Source of the DNA: Ruditapes philippinarum
Taxonomy: Eukaryota
Assembly (NCBI RefSeq): GCF_026571515.1
Contig: NW_026862309.1
Location: forward strand, 248,001 to 312,000
Direction: 5' to 3'
Length of the DNA: 64,000 bases
Shown: positions 40,065 through 54,300 of the stretch, one piece after another
How positions within the stretch are numbered: position 1 is the stretch's first letter
Layout of the letters: each line of letters opens with the position of its first letter
Program-made: the position numbers and the translations under genes
Notes under the pieces: generated by a model
The model's input: only the letters and a program-made list of their open reading frames with translations
Told to the model about the DNA's origin: nothing
Database searches by the model: none

Positions 40065-41990
40065 CAGAGCTCTATGAGATACAATGGAATCCGGGAACCA
40101 GTCCCTGGCTCTTATTGAATAGATTCCTTGGTTAGTTTAAACATAGTTTATTTCAAACAATGATACAAGTACATGTTGTTAATACATTTACAATAATTAG
40201 ATACACGAATGAAAAAGGATAAGAGCCGAAAGCTATAAAGCTTATAAAGGTCTTCTCCTACATATTTGCACAATGCAGTTAAATTATGACAGTGTTTGCA
40301 ATATTGTTTGAAACAATGAAGTTAATTTTTAACATATTTGAAACGAAAAAAAACGAAGATTTTAGCTATTGTTCAAAAGATCTTTTTTTAAAGAATATAA
40401 ATAATTGAAAAGAATAAGAAAGAAGGTAAAGAAGATTCATTCGATAGGTCAAGTTGGCCATATTATTTGCTCATGAAAATCGGTTACTTTCACGTATATA
40501 TACATGAACTGCTTGAACAATTTTAGAATTAATGTCATGGCTAAGATTCTGGTCTCCGTTTAGTAAGGTATGAAGTGTTATAGTACAAATATTAGAAACA
40601 GCATCAAATAGTCTGAGTCTGATATCATTATAGAAGTGACACTCAAAGAAGAAGTGGTGGTTACTTTTCCAGGAGACCACATTGACAATTTGGTGAGGGG
40701 GACATATTTTTTCTGAATAAGTGATGGTTTAAAGAGCTACATTCTGTTCGGAGCCGTGTATGCATGACTTGCCATTTTCTTTCACCTATATAATAGTATT
40801 TGGGGCATTTTTTTTATATTACCTTTAAGTTGCGTTTTAAAGGAGGACAAATATATTGAGTTTTGTACGTCTCTTGAGAGTGAGTTCCGATCTCTCAAAG
40901 TATATGGCAGAAATGTATTATGGTAAAAAGTAGTTCTTCTGCGTGTTGTTTGCATATCAGAACCATTTCGTAAATTGTACCTCGACGTTTATGGTGGGAC
41001 TAAGGACGATAAATAATCTGGTGTGAGACCATTTCTCATTTTGTAAAACAAAATAAGTTTGTGATTCTGTCTACGGCTTTCGAACGATTCCCAAAGAACT
41101 TCTCTTTGAAGTTTCCTGAAGAGATACAAGTTTAGTGGCCACTGTGACTATACGGGCGGCTTCATGTTGAATTTTATCAAGTTTCAAGTTTTTCATATTG
41201 TGTACAGTTGATCCGAGACTACATCGGCATATTCAAAAAGAGGTGGTATGAATGAAAGATTTATTATAAATAACTTCTAACGATTTTCTGTCTAGTATGA
41301 ATTAAAGATTTCTCGTGATATGAATTCTTTTCCAGGTCTTCTCTTTGATAGACCTAATATGTACATGCCAAGAGCAATCATCAGAAAAGTAAAGACCAAG
41401 ATGTTTATGACTATTTACTGAGGAGATAGGCTGATCATGCATTAGAAGTGGCGGTTGATAAGGCTTATTTGTTTTGCGTGACATGATCATAGTTTCCGAT
41501 TTAGAAGGTTGAATGTTACAAGCCATTTATCAGCCCAACTTGAAATTTTATCAATATCAGATTGAAGAGTTGTCGCGGCAGCTATTGGATAGTCAACTAT
41601 TATGTGCAAACTAGTATCATCGGCAAAGAGGTGTATACTTGAGTTTAAATCGTCAACAATATCATTAATGTATACCAGGAACAACAGAGGCCCAAGAATA
41701 GATCCTTGAGGAACTCCTGCATTTACAGTTGACCAATTAGAATGAGCTCCTGGAAGAACGACACATTGACGTCTGTTAGAAAGATAATCAGAGAACCAGT
41801 TCAGCAATTTTCCATTTAATCCAGCATTTTTTAATTTATAGAGAAGACCTTGGTTCTTTACATGCCCAGTGTATAGTACTGATACATATTTTTTAAAGTA
41901 CACTTCTAGGTAGGTGGGAAACACTGAAAGTGTCTCTGAAAAATCCCAAAGATGTTACCCAGGATCGAACCCGGGACCTCAGGAGTGACA
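40065..41990 (-). mobile_element. tRNA-derived SINE split by the LINE insertion
   Basis: Removing the LINE and one target duplication restores GGGAACCAGTCCCTGGCTCTTATTGAATAGATTCCTTGGTTCTTTACATGCCCAGTGTATAG. Minus-strand B-box CCCGGGTTCGATCCTGGG near 41958-41975. Confidence 0.6.
40134..41847 (-). mobile_element. 5'-truncated, frameshifted LINE (CR1/L2-group non-LTR retrotransposon; partial RT, C-terminus and 3' UTR)
   Basis: RT motifs GVPQGSILGPLLFLVYINDI, LFADD and HKHLGLYF; C-terminal Cys/His remnant (HHFFFEC); 3' end AATAAA..TGTTTAAAC. Flanked by the 8-bp direct repeat CCTTGGTT (40126-40133 and 41848-41855). Confidence 0.9.
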
Positions 41991-42319
41991 TTCAGTTGTA
42001 TTTAAGATGATGCCATAAAAAGGAATTTGCATATTTTTGTTGATGTCTTTTATTGAATACGTTTATACACATATGAATAAATTAAATTTTTTTTATAATA
42101 TTTAGTGAATTTTACTAGATCTATATATCGATTCGTTAATGGCTTAGTAACTGTGCGAGACAATCGGAACTCCTCGGGCGACTTCAAGAATTCGAACTTG
42201 ACGGAGTGCCGAGTTGTTACGATTGTGTGCGAGAGTCAAATCTTTGCGGTGATTGCATACTTTGGGTTTATATAGCTAGAGATCTTCAATAGAAGGAGAG
42301 AAAGGCTATATGTTTACAA

Positions 42320-45300
42320 ATGGCGTCCTCGAATGTCGAATATTATCAAAAGCAGAAAGATTTACAAGATTCAATCATAGAAAAGTAAATAAATGATAAT
42401 TGCAATTTTTAGTAATTTTATGGAAATGTTAATTATGTTTTCTACTATAGAATGTGTGCGTATACATAGTATTCTAATACGAAAGCATGTTTTGTTGGAA
42501 CCATATCAGTTTCAAACGTGACAAAACACGCAAACCATTCTCATATAGAGTTATAGGTCTGAATAAACATGATAAACTATTTTAATGACTTTCACCTTAA
42601 AATATGAAAGTAAACCAAGCCTATGAACGGGAAGTCAGATAAAAATCAAATCGTTCATTCTTTATTTTACATTTTTCCTTTATTGCCTATTGGCAGTTTG
42701 GCTTTAACTGTTATTAATTTAATTCGAAGTGTCATTCGGCATTTCATGCTCTGTTTTGTTTTTTTTCAATCAGAACACCCCGACAATTATTCTTAAGCCA
42801 AAAAGTTGTGATTGTTATGTTATTGGAATACATTGTTGATTATCATTTTATTTTAGTCAGCAGTGTTTTTTTCCACCAAAATATTCGGCGAAATTCTCCC
42901 TATTCCCCCCTCAAAATAGTATGTTTTTTTCCCCCCTCAAAGCTGAAATTTCCCCCTATAATATGGCAGCCCAAAACTGCCTGCAATGAATATCATTTTT
43001 TTGCAACTAACTGCCGAAAAATGCTTTATTTTATGCCTTTAAGACTTACTGTTAAGCAAGGTTTTTCATATAGGTAAGGGAAGCTACTCCTGGTATCCCA
43101 ACAAGTTTATCATGTGACACATCAATATTTTAGATCCGTATAAAAATCCCCCTCCTATTGCATTTTTCCCCCTCCAATGGGCACCGACCCCCTTCCCCCA
43201 AAAGTGAAAAAAAACACTGGTCAGGGCTCTCAGTAGGGTCAGAATTTCACGAGTCAAAGACTCTTTGGCTAAAATTTTCATGAGTCAAATAATTTTTTTC
43301 TAGTGTCATTTGACTACATGAATCATTATTATGTTACAAAAATAACTGTATTGGAGGTCATTTTTGGAGATTCCAAAGTCTAAATTGACAGAAAAAAATG
43401 CCTAATTATAAATGTCTATACCCCCACCACCTAAAAAACAAAACAAAAAACAAATAAAACAAAAACATGAATTGCTGTGAAAGAATAAAATAAGCAGCAG
43501 CTTTTCTGATTAAATGTATAAAATATAAAAAAATATCTTTACTGGTATGCTATATCATATTAATTTTAAATACCAAAATGTACCAGGAATATTTATAAGA
43601 AATGCACAGGTACTCCAAGTAAATGAAAGACGTATTATAAACCTTCAGAAGCAATCAATAATTGACACCTCAAGTATGTAATTCTTATCAGTTGTGTAGA
43701 GCTATTTTTAGCGCTGTCAAATTGCAGCCACTGAATTGTCGCGCTTCAGTGCACAGGGTATAAACAATTGCCGTGTGTAAAGCATTTTATACACATCTTA
43801 TACTGCCTGTTGACATTTTTTATGAGTGTGATTTGAACACATGTAGGATTTGATAGATAATTAGGGGTGGATTTAAGGTAATTATTATTGCATAGCTGAA
43901 AATCCCATGTGGAAAATTGACTCTTGAGCAGATTTTATCACGTGTCAAATATGTGCATTTCCCGATTTTCACGAGTCAAAACCCGGATCCCCGTGTCAAT
44001 CGAGAGCCCTGTTTAGTTACATTAAAAATGGGGGCACCTAATTAGAAATGACACTATCACTGAAAAGTTCACTGATAGGTATACAAATATACTCAGACTA
44101 CTTTATTTAGTTTTTTTTATTTGATTTCCTTTTAGATATACATAAGAAGTCTATAGCCAGGCAAGCCACAGCCCGTGCTCGCTTTGCAGTCTCGGCCTTT
44201 GACTTCACTGTAATATAGAATTTGACAAAGCCTATGAAAAGGGAAGTCGGTTAAAAAAATCGTTCATTTTTCAGTTTTAAAGGTGTCATTTGGTATTTCA
44301 TTCATCGCTTCCATTTTATCTAGTTCCCTGTCCTATTATGGTTCCCTTCCAAGATGGCTTTTTAGAAGTGTGCAGGGGATCAGTCTACACTTCCGTTTTC
44401 ACTCGGAATACTCAACGATTATTATTAATCCAAAAAGTTGCGATTGTTCGTTATAGCAATACCCCACCTATTATCATTGAGTTTCAGTACATTGAAAATG
44501 GTGGCGCCTGACTTTGACTTCCCCATATTATTATGAAATTAGGTGCTACCCACAGGTGTTTGATAATTTATAGAAGGAGGCTTGAAGGTGTGCTCTACGA
44601 TTTCACTCTAAAAGACTAAAATTTAAGGCCTCTTCCAAAGGAAATTTTCTTTAAAATCATGCAGTTTTTTTTAGCTTTTTACGGGGGTCTAAACCAGGAG
44701 TATATTTTGAAGGTTCAATCCATATTTGTAGTATAATCTTTCCTTTGGTTTAAACATATTTATTTAAGCTTGATTGGGAAACAAGTTCTTGCAACTTATA
44801 TTAATCACTTGCGAATCAGCTTCCTTGAACCAACCAGTACAGGTGTCATATGGAGAAACATGGTAGTGACCTGAGTAAGGCTCAAACCCATGATCTCTGA
44901 TTGAGAGGCAGACACCAGTGACCTTAAACACTAGGCCACAGCTCCCATTTATTATCTTTCCTTTCAATTTTGATAATAAATTGTAGTTTATTTTACAAAA
45001 GAAAAGTTTACCCATCATTTGTCGTGTGTTATTGTTGGCCCCCATTATCACTGCGGTATACCGTACCCCGGATATTGCTCGATATTGTGAGGACTTTCAT
45101 CCCATTTCGCGACTTTGAACAGGGAACAAAGGTAAGTTCAGCGACGATATTTTCCAAACTAATGGCTATTTCATTTATCTAAACGGGTTTTATATATCTA
45201 GAGGTATTTTTGTAGCTCTAAAGGACATAAAAGTATTACAGATATTTGTGAATTGATTAAACTACCCCTAAACGATCCGCTGCTCACTAGAAAATACTGA

Positions 45301-48300
45301 CCCGATACTGTAGAATGTTAGAAAATGACTATATTACCAATATAAAAAAAATTGAATCGAGCAATTTTTTTATTCACAATCCAAGTTATGCTTTGTCCAA
45401 ATTTCAGGTAAAAAGTGTGAAAGTACAAAAAAGATGCAGGCAAAAAAAGATACAAGAAACGTGTACCGAGTATTGCTTTTAAGTGTACAGAGTATTGCAG
45501 AAATAGCCCAACCTAAGTGTACAGTGTATTGCAAAACAGAATGAGCACATTAGTATGGGAAAATCGATATTTTTGTCTATTTTTTACGTCTGTTTATCGA
45601 GTCCATTTTTATTTTGCTGATAAATGTACTATTATATGATATTTATTCAAATATTTCAGATTCAACAATGCATTTTCAGTATTTTATTACTGTTCTTTTT
45701 CTACGGGCAAATACAGAGATTTAATTTCCCATTTGATTGAAAGTCAATTATGGATGAAATAAAGTGTGGTGGGCAGGGGTCGGGAGCAGGGTAGATCTAT
45801 CAAAATTGACGTTATAAATCTTTTAAATACATGTCTCAAGAAAATGTGTTTCTGAAAGAAGAGAATAAAAAACCATATTTAATGAAACATTAATAATAGG
45901 TTTTTACAGGGCAAGTTTGCCTTAAGAAACATATTGACACACTTAGTAAAAATATTGGCCCCGCGGGGCTTATGCCGTTCAAGCATGTCGGTATCGTCTT
46001 AACCTTTACGGCATGAGCATATTGCGAAAAAATGGCCGTTTTCATTGAATTAAACCTCCTGTTACAAGTTCAAACTGCTATGAAACTATAACAAAAAATG
46101 CTTCAATACTGTTCCAACTGGGCACAAATGTTGGCTGGACCATAGCCTGTGGAATAGCATGCTCGATTTTAAATTTCCATCTACCATGGCACCGGAGGAC
46201 GTCTCAAAAAATTATTGCCAAAAATCTCTATTTTGCGTTGTTTTTTTCCATAAAAACTGATTTCAAGTGCAGCAACTTCTCAATTGATTGAGATAAAGTC
46301 TAAGGCTTTTCGGCATTGATTACACGGCATCTTTAAATCGACCTGAGGCCATTTTACCACCCCACAAGTCCCAAATCTCGGCGATTAGAGGGGCTACTGC
46401 CCAACTTCAAACCCCCAAACAGAAGGGGACACATCCCCCTGTGTCCCCCTTGATGTACCCCTTTAATGGGGGGTGGCGCCGAAAAAGTGATCACTCTTTT
46501 GAACATTTCTCAAACGAAAAAACCAGTGTTTGGGGCCTAATAAGTGCATGTTTTACACTATTTGAGGCCTCAAAAGGGGTGTGGTGTGAAGCCTTCAAAA
46601 CACGCCTTTATGAGGTAAAAGGTTATAAGGAACATAACCTTTTAATTGCATCTGCTGCCCTTTATCATAATCTTATTAAAATCCATTATTCTGTTTTTGA
46701 GCTGTACTCGCTCGGCAGTCATACGGTGACTCATTGCTAATGATGTAACAATTTTCACGTGCAGACGGTCTGCCGTTGCTAGAGTGCAGGTGCAAAATGA
46801 CCGAAAGTTACCTTTATATGGATTTTTGGCATAGTAGGAAGTCGGTTGATATTAGATATTGGCACATGTCACGGTTCAGAACTGTTCACTAATTCGGGGT
46901 GATGATGTGTAAGCGGCGGGAATAGCTCAGTCGGTTAGAGCCGCGGTACGGTATTCCGAGGTCCCTGAAATTAGTGAACAGTTCTGAACCATGACACACT
47001 TGCTCAATACCGTCTACTATTGACAATCTTGAGGCAGCATTAATGCACTTTGGATGCATTTTTTTTTTTACTATTTAAAGTAAGATATGCAATAATTATT
47101 AACAAATTCTGAAAGGTTGATCCTTCGATAGCAACGAAAACTTTGTAAACACAGAAAATTTGCTGAGTTCGTTCGACTGAGATTTTTCATGAGCAGGAAT
47201 GAAAATCTGGATTATTTGCAGATGTTTCCAGTAAAGTACCTCCAAACTCTGCCTATTCTGCACATATAGTGTAAATAAGTATACACAATAAGATATATTT
47301 AAGATTAAATGTGGTAAATACTCTGTGTTTACTACTTGCATTTACTCGATATTGATAACCAATACTCGTTACACTAAAGGCAATACTCGTGACACCGGCG
47401 GGCAACTCCAACGCAATACTCGGTACACTGACATGTGTATTCATTCTCAAAATGCACTGCCATCTGAGGTTCTATTGTTGATTGAACATTAACAACATAA
47501 ACATTATCATCATTAACACATTTCACTCGATTCAAGTTTTTCTTTTAAGGAAGTATATGCAGAAAAACATCAAATTTGACTGATCCGAGCTCATTTATCA
47601 CGTGAGCAAAGAGACGAATTTTACCTCCTAATTACATTTCAAAGCTATTTCTCAACACTTTTGGGGGTTCAGTAACTAGAGAAATTATCGAAGTATTTGT
47701 TTTTCTATAGAATTTATATCAAACCAATTCAAAATGACTAAATATCGTCACTGAACTTACCTTCTTTCCTCGTTGAAAGTCGCGAAATGGGATGAAAGTC
47801 CTCATTATATCGAGCAATATCCGGGGTACGGTATACCGCAGTGATTATAGTTAGTACAACCTTTTGTAACATCTTATTTAAATTCTTGTGGGAATTTGAT
47901 TGAAATTTTAAAAGTTTCATTTCAAGAAACTTGCTTTGTCATTTTCATGGTTTTGATAATTTATTGTTTTCAGTGAACAGAAAAGAAAAAGACTAGAGGC
48001 ACAGTTACAAGCATACAGTCAGTCTGATCATAAATTGTAAGATATACTGATAAAGTATTACACACAGTGCAATACTTTCATTTACATATATACATTTATA
48101 TAATGATAACAAAATACAGATTCTTACACATTATACTATGCAAATGTTTCAAATATTTAATTAGATTTAAAATCATTAAATGTATATGATGACTTAAGTA
48201 CTTGTTCTTGGTAATGATATAATGATCTTTCTTGTGTACCAAATTGGTAATTGTTTTTAATATTACAACATATTTAACAGGTAAACAGACATAATGGATG

Positions 48301-51300
48301 GTAGAAAACAATCTACAACTATACAGAACTTTCTAACCAAAAATGAAATTGGAAATGAGGAAAATAATCGTTCAAAAAATATTACTTTGTAAATGCGAGC
48401 AATGTTTGACTGTTTTGCACAAAAAATCTGGTTTAGTTTCACATTAGGCTGTTTGGTTTATTTAGATGGATAATGTACAATACTGTTTTGGTTTGTTTAT
48501 AAATATAAAAAATAAGCACTTATAGCACATGCATGCATTTTAATATGCCAACAAATTTCTTAAGTGAACTTAATTATTAATCAGTAAATTTCTGTATTTC
48601 AAGAATAAGCATGACTTTGTTGAAATCTGTTTTTGAATGAATGGGTATTTTTGACTTTAATTGACTTTATACACAAGTGACAAGTATGTGTTTTGGAAAA
48701 GTTTGATATAGAAGTTGTTTGCCACATTCTTTGCTGTCTTAGTCTATCTTTCTATATGGATAAGTTAATCCGTAATTACTAAAGCTTTTATTATAAAGTT
48801 TATTAAACTGTTGATTTTTTTTTAAACCAAAATGATTTTTTTTTTCAATAATTGGTTATAAACATGATATCTGCAAAAAAGTATGATTTTAGAGAGAGAA
48901 AAAAAAACCCAAAAAACATTTATTATGCGCCTTTGTAGTGGGGGGATAGAAACTTCAAACTTGGTATATTGGTCTGATGATGACAAGTAGTTCTGCACTA
49001 TTGTTTTTTTGGTCACAAGCACTGGTGCATTGGTATTGGGAAGTAGATGACCCCTATTAATTTTTGGGTCAAAGTCACATTGTCCATTTTTATCAAAACT
49101 GTTTTCAACCAGTAACTTGAAAACCCATGGGTCTTTTGCCCTCAAACTTAACAGGTTCATTGGTCTTGGCCAGTAGATGACCCCTATTTATTTTGGGGTC
49201 AAAGATCAAGGTCACATTCACCTTGTTTGCACAACTACCCATGGGCCCTTGTCCCTAAAACTTTACAGGTGCGTTGGTCTAGACACTTGTTGTTTTTGAG
49301 ATAATAATTGAATTGGGGTACTTGAAATCAAATCAATTTGAATAGCTGGTGAATCATTGCAGCCATAAAACCTACTATTTTTAAAAGTTAATTGTGTACT
49401 TCTTCCTTATTCATAAGCACATACTGTTACATAATCAGTTTCTCTGTGACTTTCATAATGGTTTTTTATTCTTACTAGCCAAGATAAGAGAATACATGCC
49501 ATATTGCCAGCCATCCAGATAATGGATTTGTCTTGGAAAAAGCAAGGGGTAAAAAGGGGGAGTGACCAGTATATCTATATGTGGCATTTTGAAATTTCTT
49601 GTTCAATTTAGAAAACTGTTTTAATCTTAACAAATTTTATTTCTTATAATGTACCTTTTGCTTTTGACAGATTTAACAATATTTTTAAGAGCCTTTTGTA
49701 AACAATGATCTATCACACACATATATGGCAATATTTTAATTAATGCCAAGTCAATTTGATTTCCTGGCTGAAGTATCAGATTTTTTTTCTCACTAATTTA
49801 CTTATATTTTTTTCTATTCAGAGCAAAGCTTAGAGCGGTTAAATTACAAAGTTATTGGAAGAGAATCTGTGAAGATGAGAAGCGTAGCAAACAGAGAAAT
49901 GCTCAGTTATTGCGAGATCTGGATAGGATGGAGGCAAACATGGCAAGTTTGGAGGCACGTAGAGAGAAACTCAGACATATGAAGGTATGTTTACTTTGAA
50001 TTACTTAAAAAGTTTTATTGCATTGCATTATAATGATTTCAACAGGTGGTATACTTGTAGATCAATGTACCTGTAGGAACAAAAAACATCAAACTTTTAA
50101 TGTTATATATCAGCCAAAACTAAAATAGTTTTCACTCCGGGTGTAACAAAACTTTAAGTGACATCATGGCTGTGTAGTTAACATATCTGGCATGTATAAG
50201 GGACAGACCCACGAATGTGGCTTTAAATCCTACACAATCAAACTGAATTTCAGTTTTAACAAAAACTTTCAGCCCATGATAGATACAAACTACAATACAA
50301 TACAATGGCATGCAGAGAAACACAAAAATATCATGTTTAAGCTGGCTAGTTCTACATTGACTTTATTTTATATTGCATTTTGTTTGCAGCAAAATTATTT
50401 TGATTACATTGAGAGGACATATCCTAAATGGCTGGAACTTGTTCAGCAAAAGAAACATGAATATATACAAGAACAACAACAGAAGCATGAACAACAATAT
50501 CAGCAGCAACACCAGCAGCAGTTCCAACAACAACAATATGAGCAACAACAGAGATTTCAACAACAACAACAGCAAGTACAGCAACAACAATATTTTTCAA
50601 GTTCTCAGGCAAGGAGACAAGAGTATGGACAATCTCCTGGTAGTCAACAAAGTAAACGACAGGAAGAGACATTACCTAAACAACAAGAAGCTTTCCTAAC
50701 CCAGCATCAGTATGATGATACTAGAGATCTATATGAGGTTAGTTATGTCAAGAACTTAAATACTACATACATATGAGCCGCGCCATGACAAAACCAACAT
50801 AGTTTGTTTGCGCAATTGCGACCAGCATGGATCCAGACAAGCATACGCATCAATGCAGTCTGATCAGGATCCATGCTGTTCGTTTACAAACCCTATTACA
50901 AGTAGAGAAACTGATAGCGAACAGCATGGATCCTGATCAGACTGTGCGGATGCACAGGCTGGTCTGGATCCATGCTAGTCGCAAACGCAAGATGTTGATT
51001 TTGTCATGGCACGGCTCAATATGAATTTATGTCACTGTCTTGATAAACATTTTGTTTAATTTAAGGTTTCTATTCTAGAAGGTTCTTATTGTTGATCTTG
51101 TCTATAAGTGAAAATTTGTTTTAGGGTTTGATCACCTTAAATTTTGTTTAATTTCCTTTTCTTTACAGAAATAGAATTGAATACATATATTCAAGGTTGT
51201 ATGTAAATGATTAGAAACAAAGTGCAAAAATAGTGCTAATCCCTCACAGGCACTTGGTTTTTTTGATTTTTTCTTTAAGCAAAGGAAAGTTTTACATAAG

Positions 51301-54300
51301 CCACTAAACTTCTGCCAATTTATTGCTTGAAAATTGTGTTTGTATTTATGATGACCTAAAACTGGTTTAAGTTAGCCATACATTTTATATTATTAAATAA
51401 CAGTAAATGTTGTAATTGTTTTAGAATGATCGTGATGAAGAGAGCCCGCCACCTTTACCTAGTCAACCACCACCAACTGTACCATTTAGTGAACCTGAGC
51501 GAGAATATACCAACCTGAGAGATATTAGGAGAGATAATCCGGTATGTAATGATTTGCTTCCTATGTCCACTGTGCATATATTTATCAAGATACCTATCAT
51601 TTTGATTAGGATCACAGTCCAAACACCATTTATTGGCAATTTGTATATGCATTATATGTATTAATAAATTCATCAATTGAGATTTTATTATAGTTCTATA
51701 TGAAAAGTAAGCCTTTGGGCATGTATTGTCATACCTTTGCAGCTTTCTGTTATCATCACATGATGAGTATCATAGATTTCATTTATAATATACATGTATT
51801 ATAGAATCAGGTAACTCCACAACCACAGTCTGTGACTGTACACATGCCCAGTGCACAGGGAGATGCTGTATCACCCAGTAAATCAGGTCGACCTGGTAGT
51901 GGGAGGAGATCAGAACAGCCAAATCAGAACTGGATGGCAGCTGAAAGAGATGCCAGTATACACAGTCTAAGCTTTAGTGAGGAGACCGACGTACAACCTC
52001 CAGCTATACAGAGTGTTACAGTCAGACAGAAAACTGGTACAGTTAATGTTTTTTTCTTAAACAAAAGACCATTTCTTTAATTTCCAATAATAACACCTTA
52101 TTCTTTTATTGACCTGCTCTGAATATTAAAAGATATAAGGTTATTCTTTGACAGTGTTAATTCTAGTTAGTACAGTTATGTTTAGTTATGTAATTTATTA
52201 TCAGAAGTTTAAACTATATAATACAGAGCCTCCTAAACCTGTAGTACAAACAATGGAGCCAGTGTCAGATGAAGATGTGAGTGATTTTGGAGATGAGCCA
52301 GATTTACCTAGTGGTGCAGATGGTGACAGGGTAGACATAGTGAAACCTCCATCACCTGTACAAGCTGTAGTAGAGGAACATGATGATGATGATGAGGATG
52401 ACACTGATCGGTATATTTCTGTTCAATTTGCAGTTTATGAATTAAAGCAATTTCATTTTTTTAGGAATATTTGTTTGAATAGTAAAAGAAATGCTCCATT
52501 TGTTTCTCTGACAATATCCTTCTACTATTCACAAACTACTAACTGTGATTTAAAGGATGATTTAAATATCATATAAATCCTTTTGCTTATTTGCAGACTT
52601 AAAATGTCGCTTAATTTAGAAATGTGTATCTTTATTTTACTTGTTTCAAACTTTCAAATATGCCAGTTACTATTGTTTATAAATACATTATACTAATCTG
52701 TTATGTACAAGTTATTAATGTTATGATGAAATCAAAGCATCTTAATTGCCTAATCACATTGTCTTACCTGATTATTAACAGAACTCCGTCCATTGTTCAT
52801 CCAGAAATAAGTACATCTGGTCTGTTTCGACTTTTAAAATTTGTGGAAGAGGAACTGTTGAATGCATTGGCCCTAGAAAATTTCTACCGGACTAGAAATC
52901 CAGATGAGGCTACCAAGAAAGATATTATATAGTATGCTTTGTTTTGAACCTTAATTGTATGGTTTTTATACGTACAATTTCATATTTCTTTTTTGATAAA
53001 ATATTTAAACTATAGTATGTTTTAGACAACAAAACATTTTATTGTAAGCATGAGGCAGGTTGTAGTCTTTTTATCCAATAAGCTTGCCTGATATACGCAG
53101 TGTGGAGTGTGTTTGATCAAGTGATTTCAGTTCAGTGAGCATCATGTTTATCTCTTTGGCTGATGACAATTTGTCATTTGCCAGCCACCCATGTTTCAAT
53201 TTGAGAAATTCAGATTTTATTGCAAATAAACAGATACATTCTGACACAATATCCAGGAAGTTTTATAAATTAACACCCTGTAGATAGATTACTGAAGTAC
53301 TGTTGTTATATTTTTCATCACCAAGAACATCAAGCAAAATGATATCAATATCTATTAAGTCGGCATATTTTCTGCAAAGTTTTTTGGGTATTATACCTGT
53401 TAAAATTCTTTAAATCCTTGATATATATTACTTGTAGTAAAGCGAATAATGAGAACAGTAGCCTGCAGTCTCTAGATGGTGAGTTAGTCAGTATGGTTAT
53501 ACTGCAACAACTAACACTTGTCGTCCGCAGACTTCCTGGAGGGTGTATGTTATCTGATACCTTACTTGTCAGGGGAAGTCACTCAAGCACAAATGAACAA
53601 ATCAGGTAAATTTAATTACTGGATCTTCTGGTAGATTTTGAAAGAATGATGGTTAAGAAACAAGTATGTGGACAGCAAAGGAATATTTTTTTCTCTTTAT
53701 TATATCATATTATACCTTACATCAAAAACAATTGTATCACACAATTTCCAGCTTTATCTGGAACATAACATAAGGAACAACTGTTACTCAAAATGCTATG
53801 TTTTTGTATTTATACAAACACTTTAAATAAATGGGTTATCAAAAAATGTACATTTCCTTGTTGAATACCATATTCCAGACAAGTATACAAAATTAAATAG
53901 TAATAGTGCAAAAAACTGAAAATGATTACTTGTTTAATGATGTATGTAAACTTAGTCTTATTTTTAATGTGAAGAATCTTCTTAAATGACTGGTTAGAAA
54001 TGGAGGTTCCTAAAGCAATTGCTGAAAGAGCACTTTATTACAATTTAACAAGTTTTAAACATGTTCCTATTTCGGCTCAAGGTTATTGTCATGTTTCAAT
54101 TAATTTTACATTTAAACTATACATTGAATACTCTAGTAACTTCCATTTAGAACAATCTGTATTTTATGTCATTTAATATTTTAACTATAAAACAATTTCT
54201 ATAGATAAAAGCACAGTGGTCAAGTAAATAAACATTATATTGAACTTCAATATTGTAATTCATTGCTATGTATGTACAGGTGAATTTAAATTCACTATTT

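Noticed and set aside
46914-46967. tRNA gene
   Set aside because: Only an A-box/D-arm-like half is present, and it belongs to the TRIM terminal repeat.
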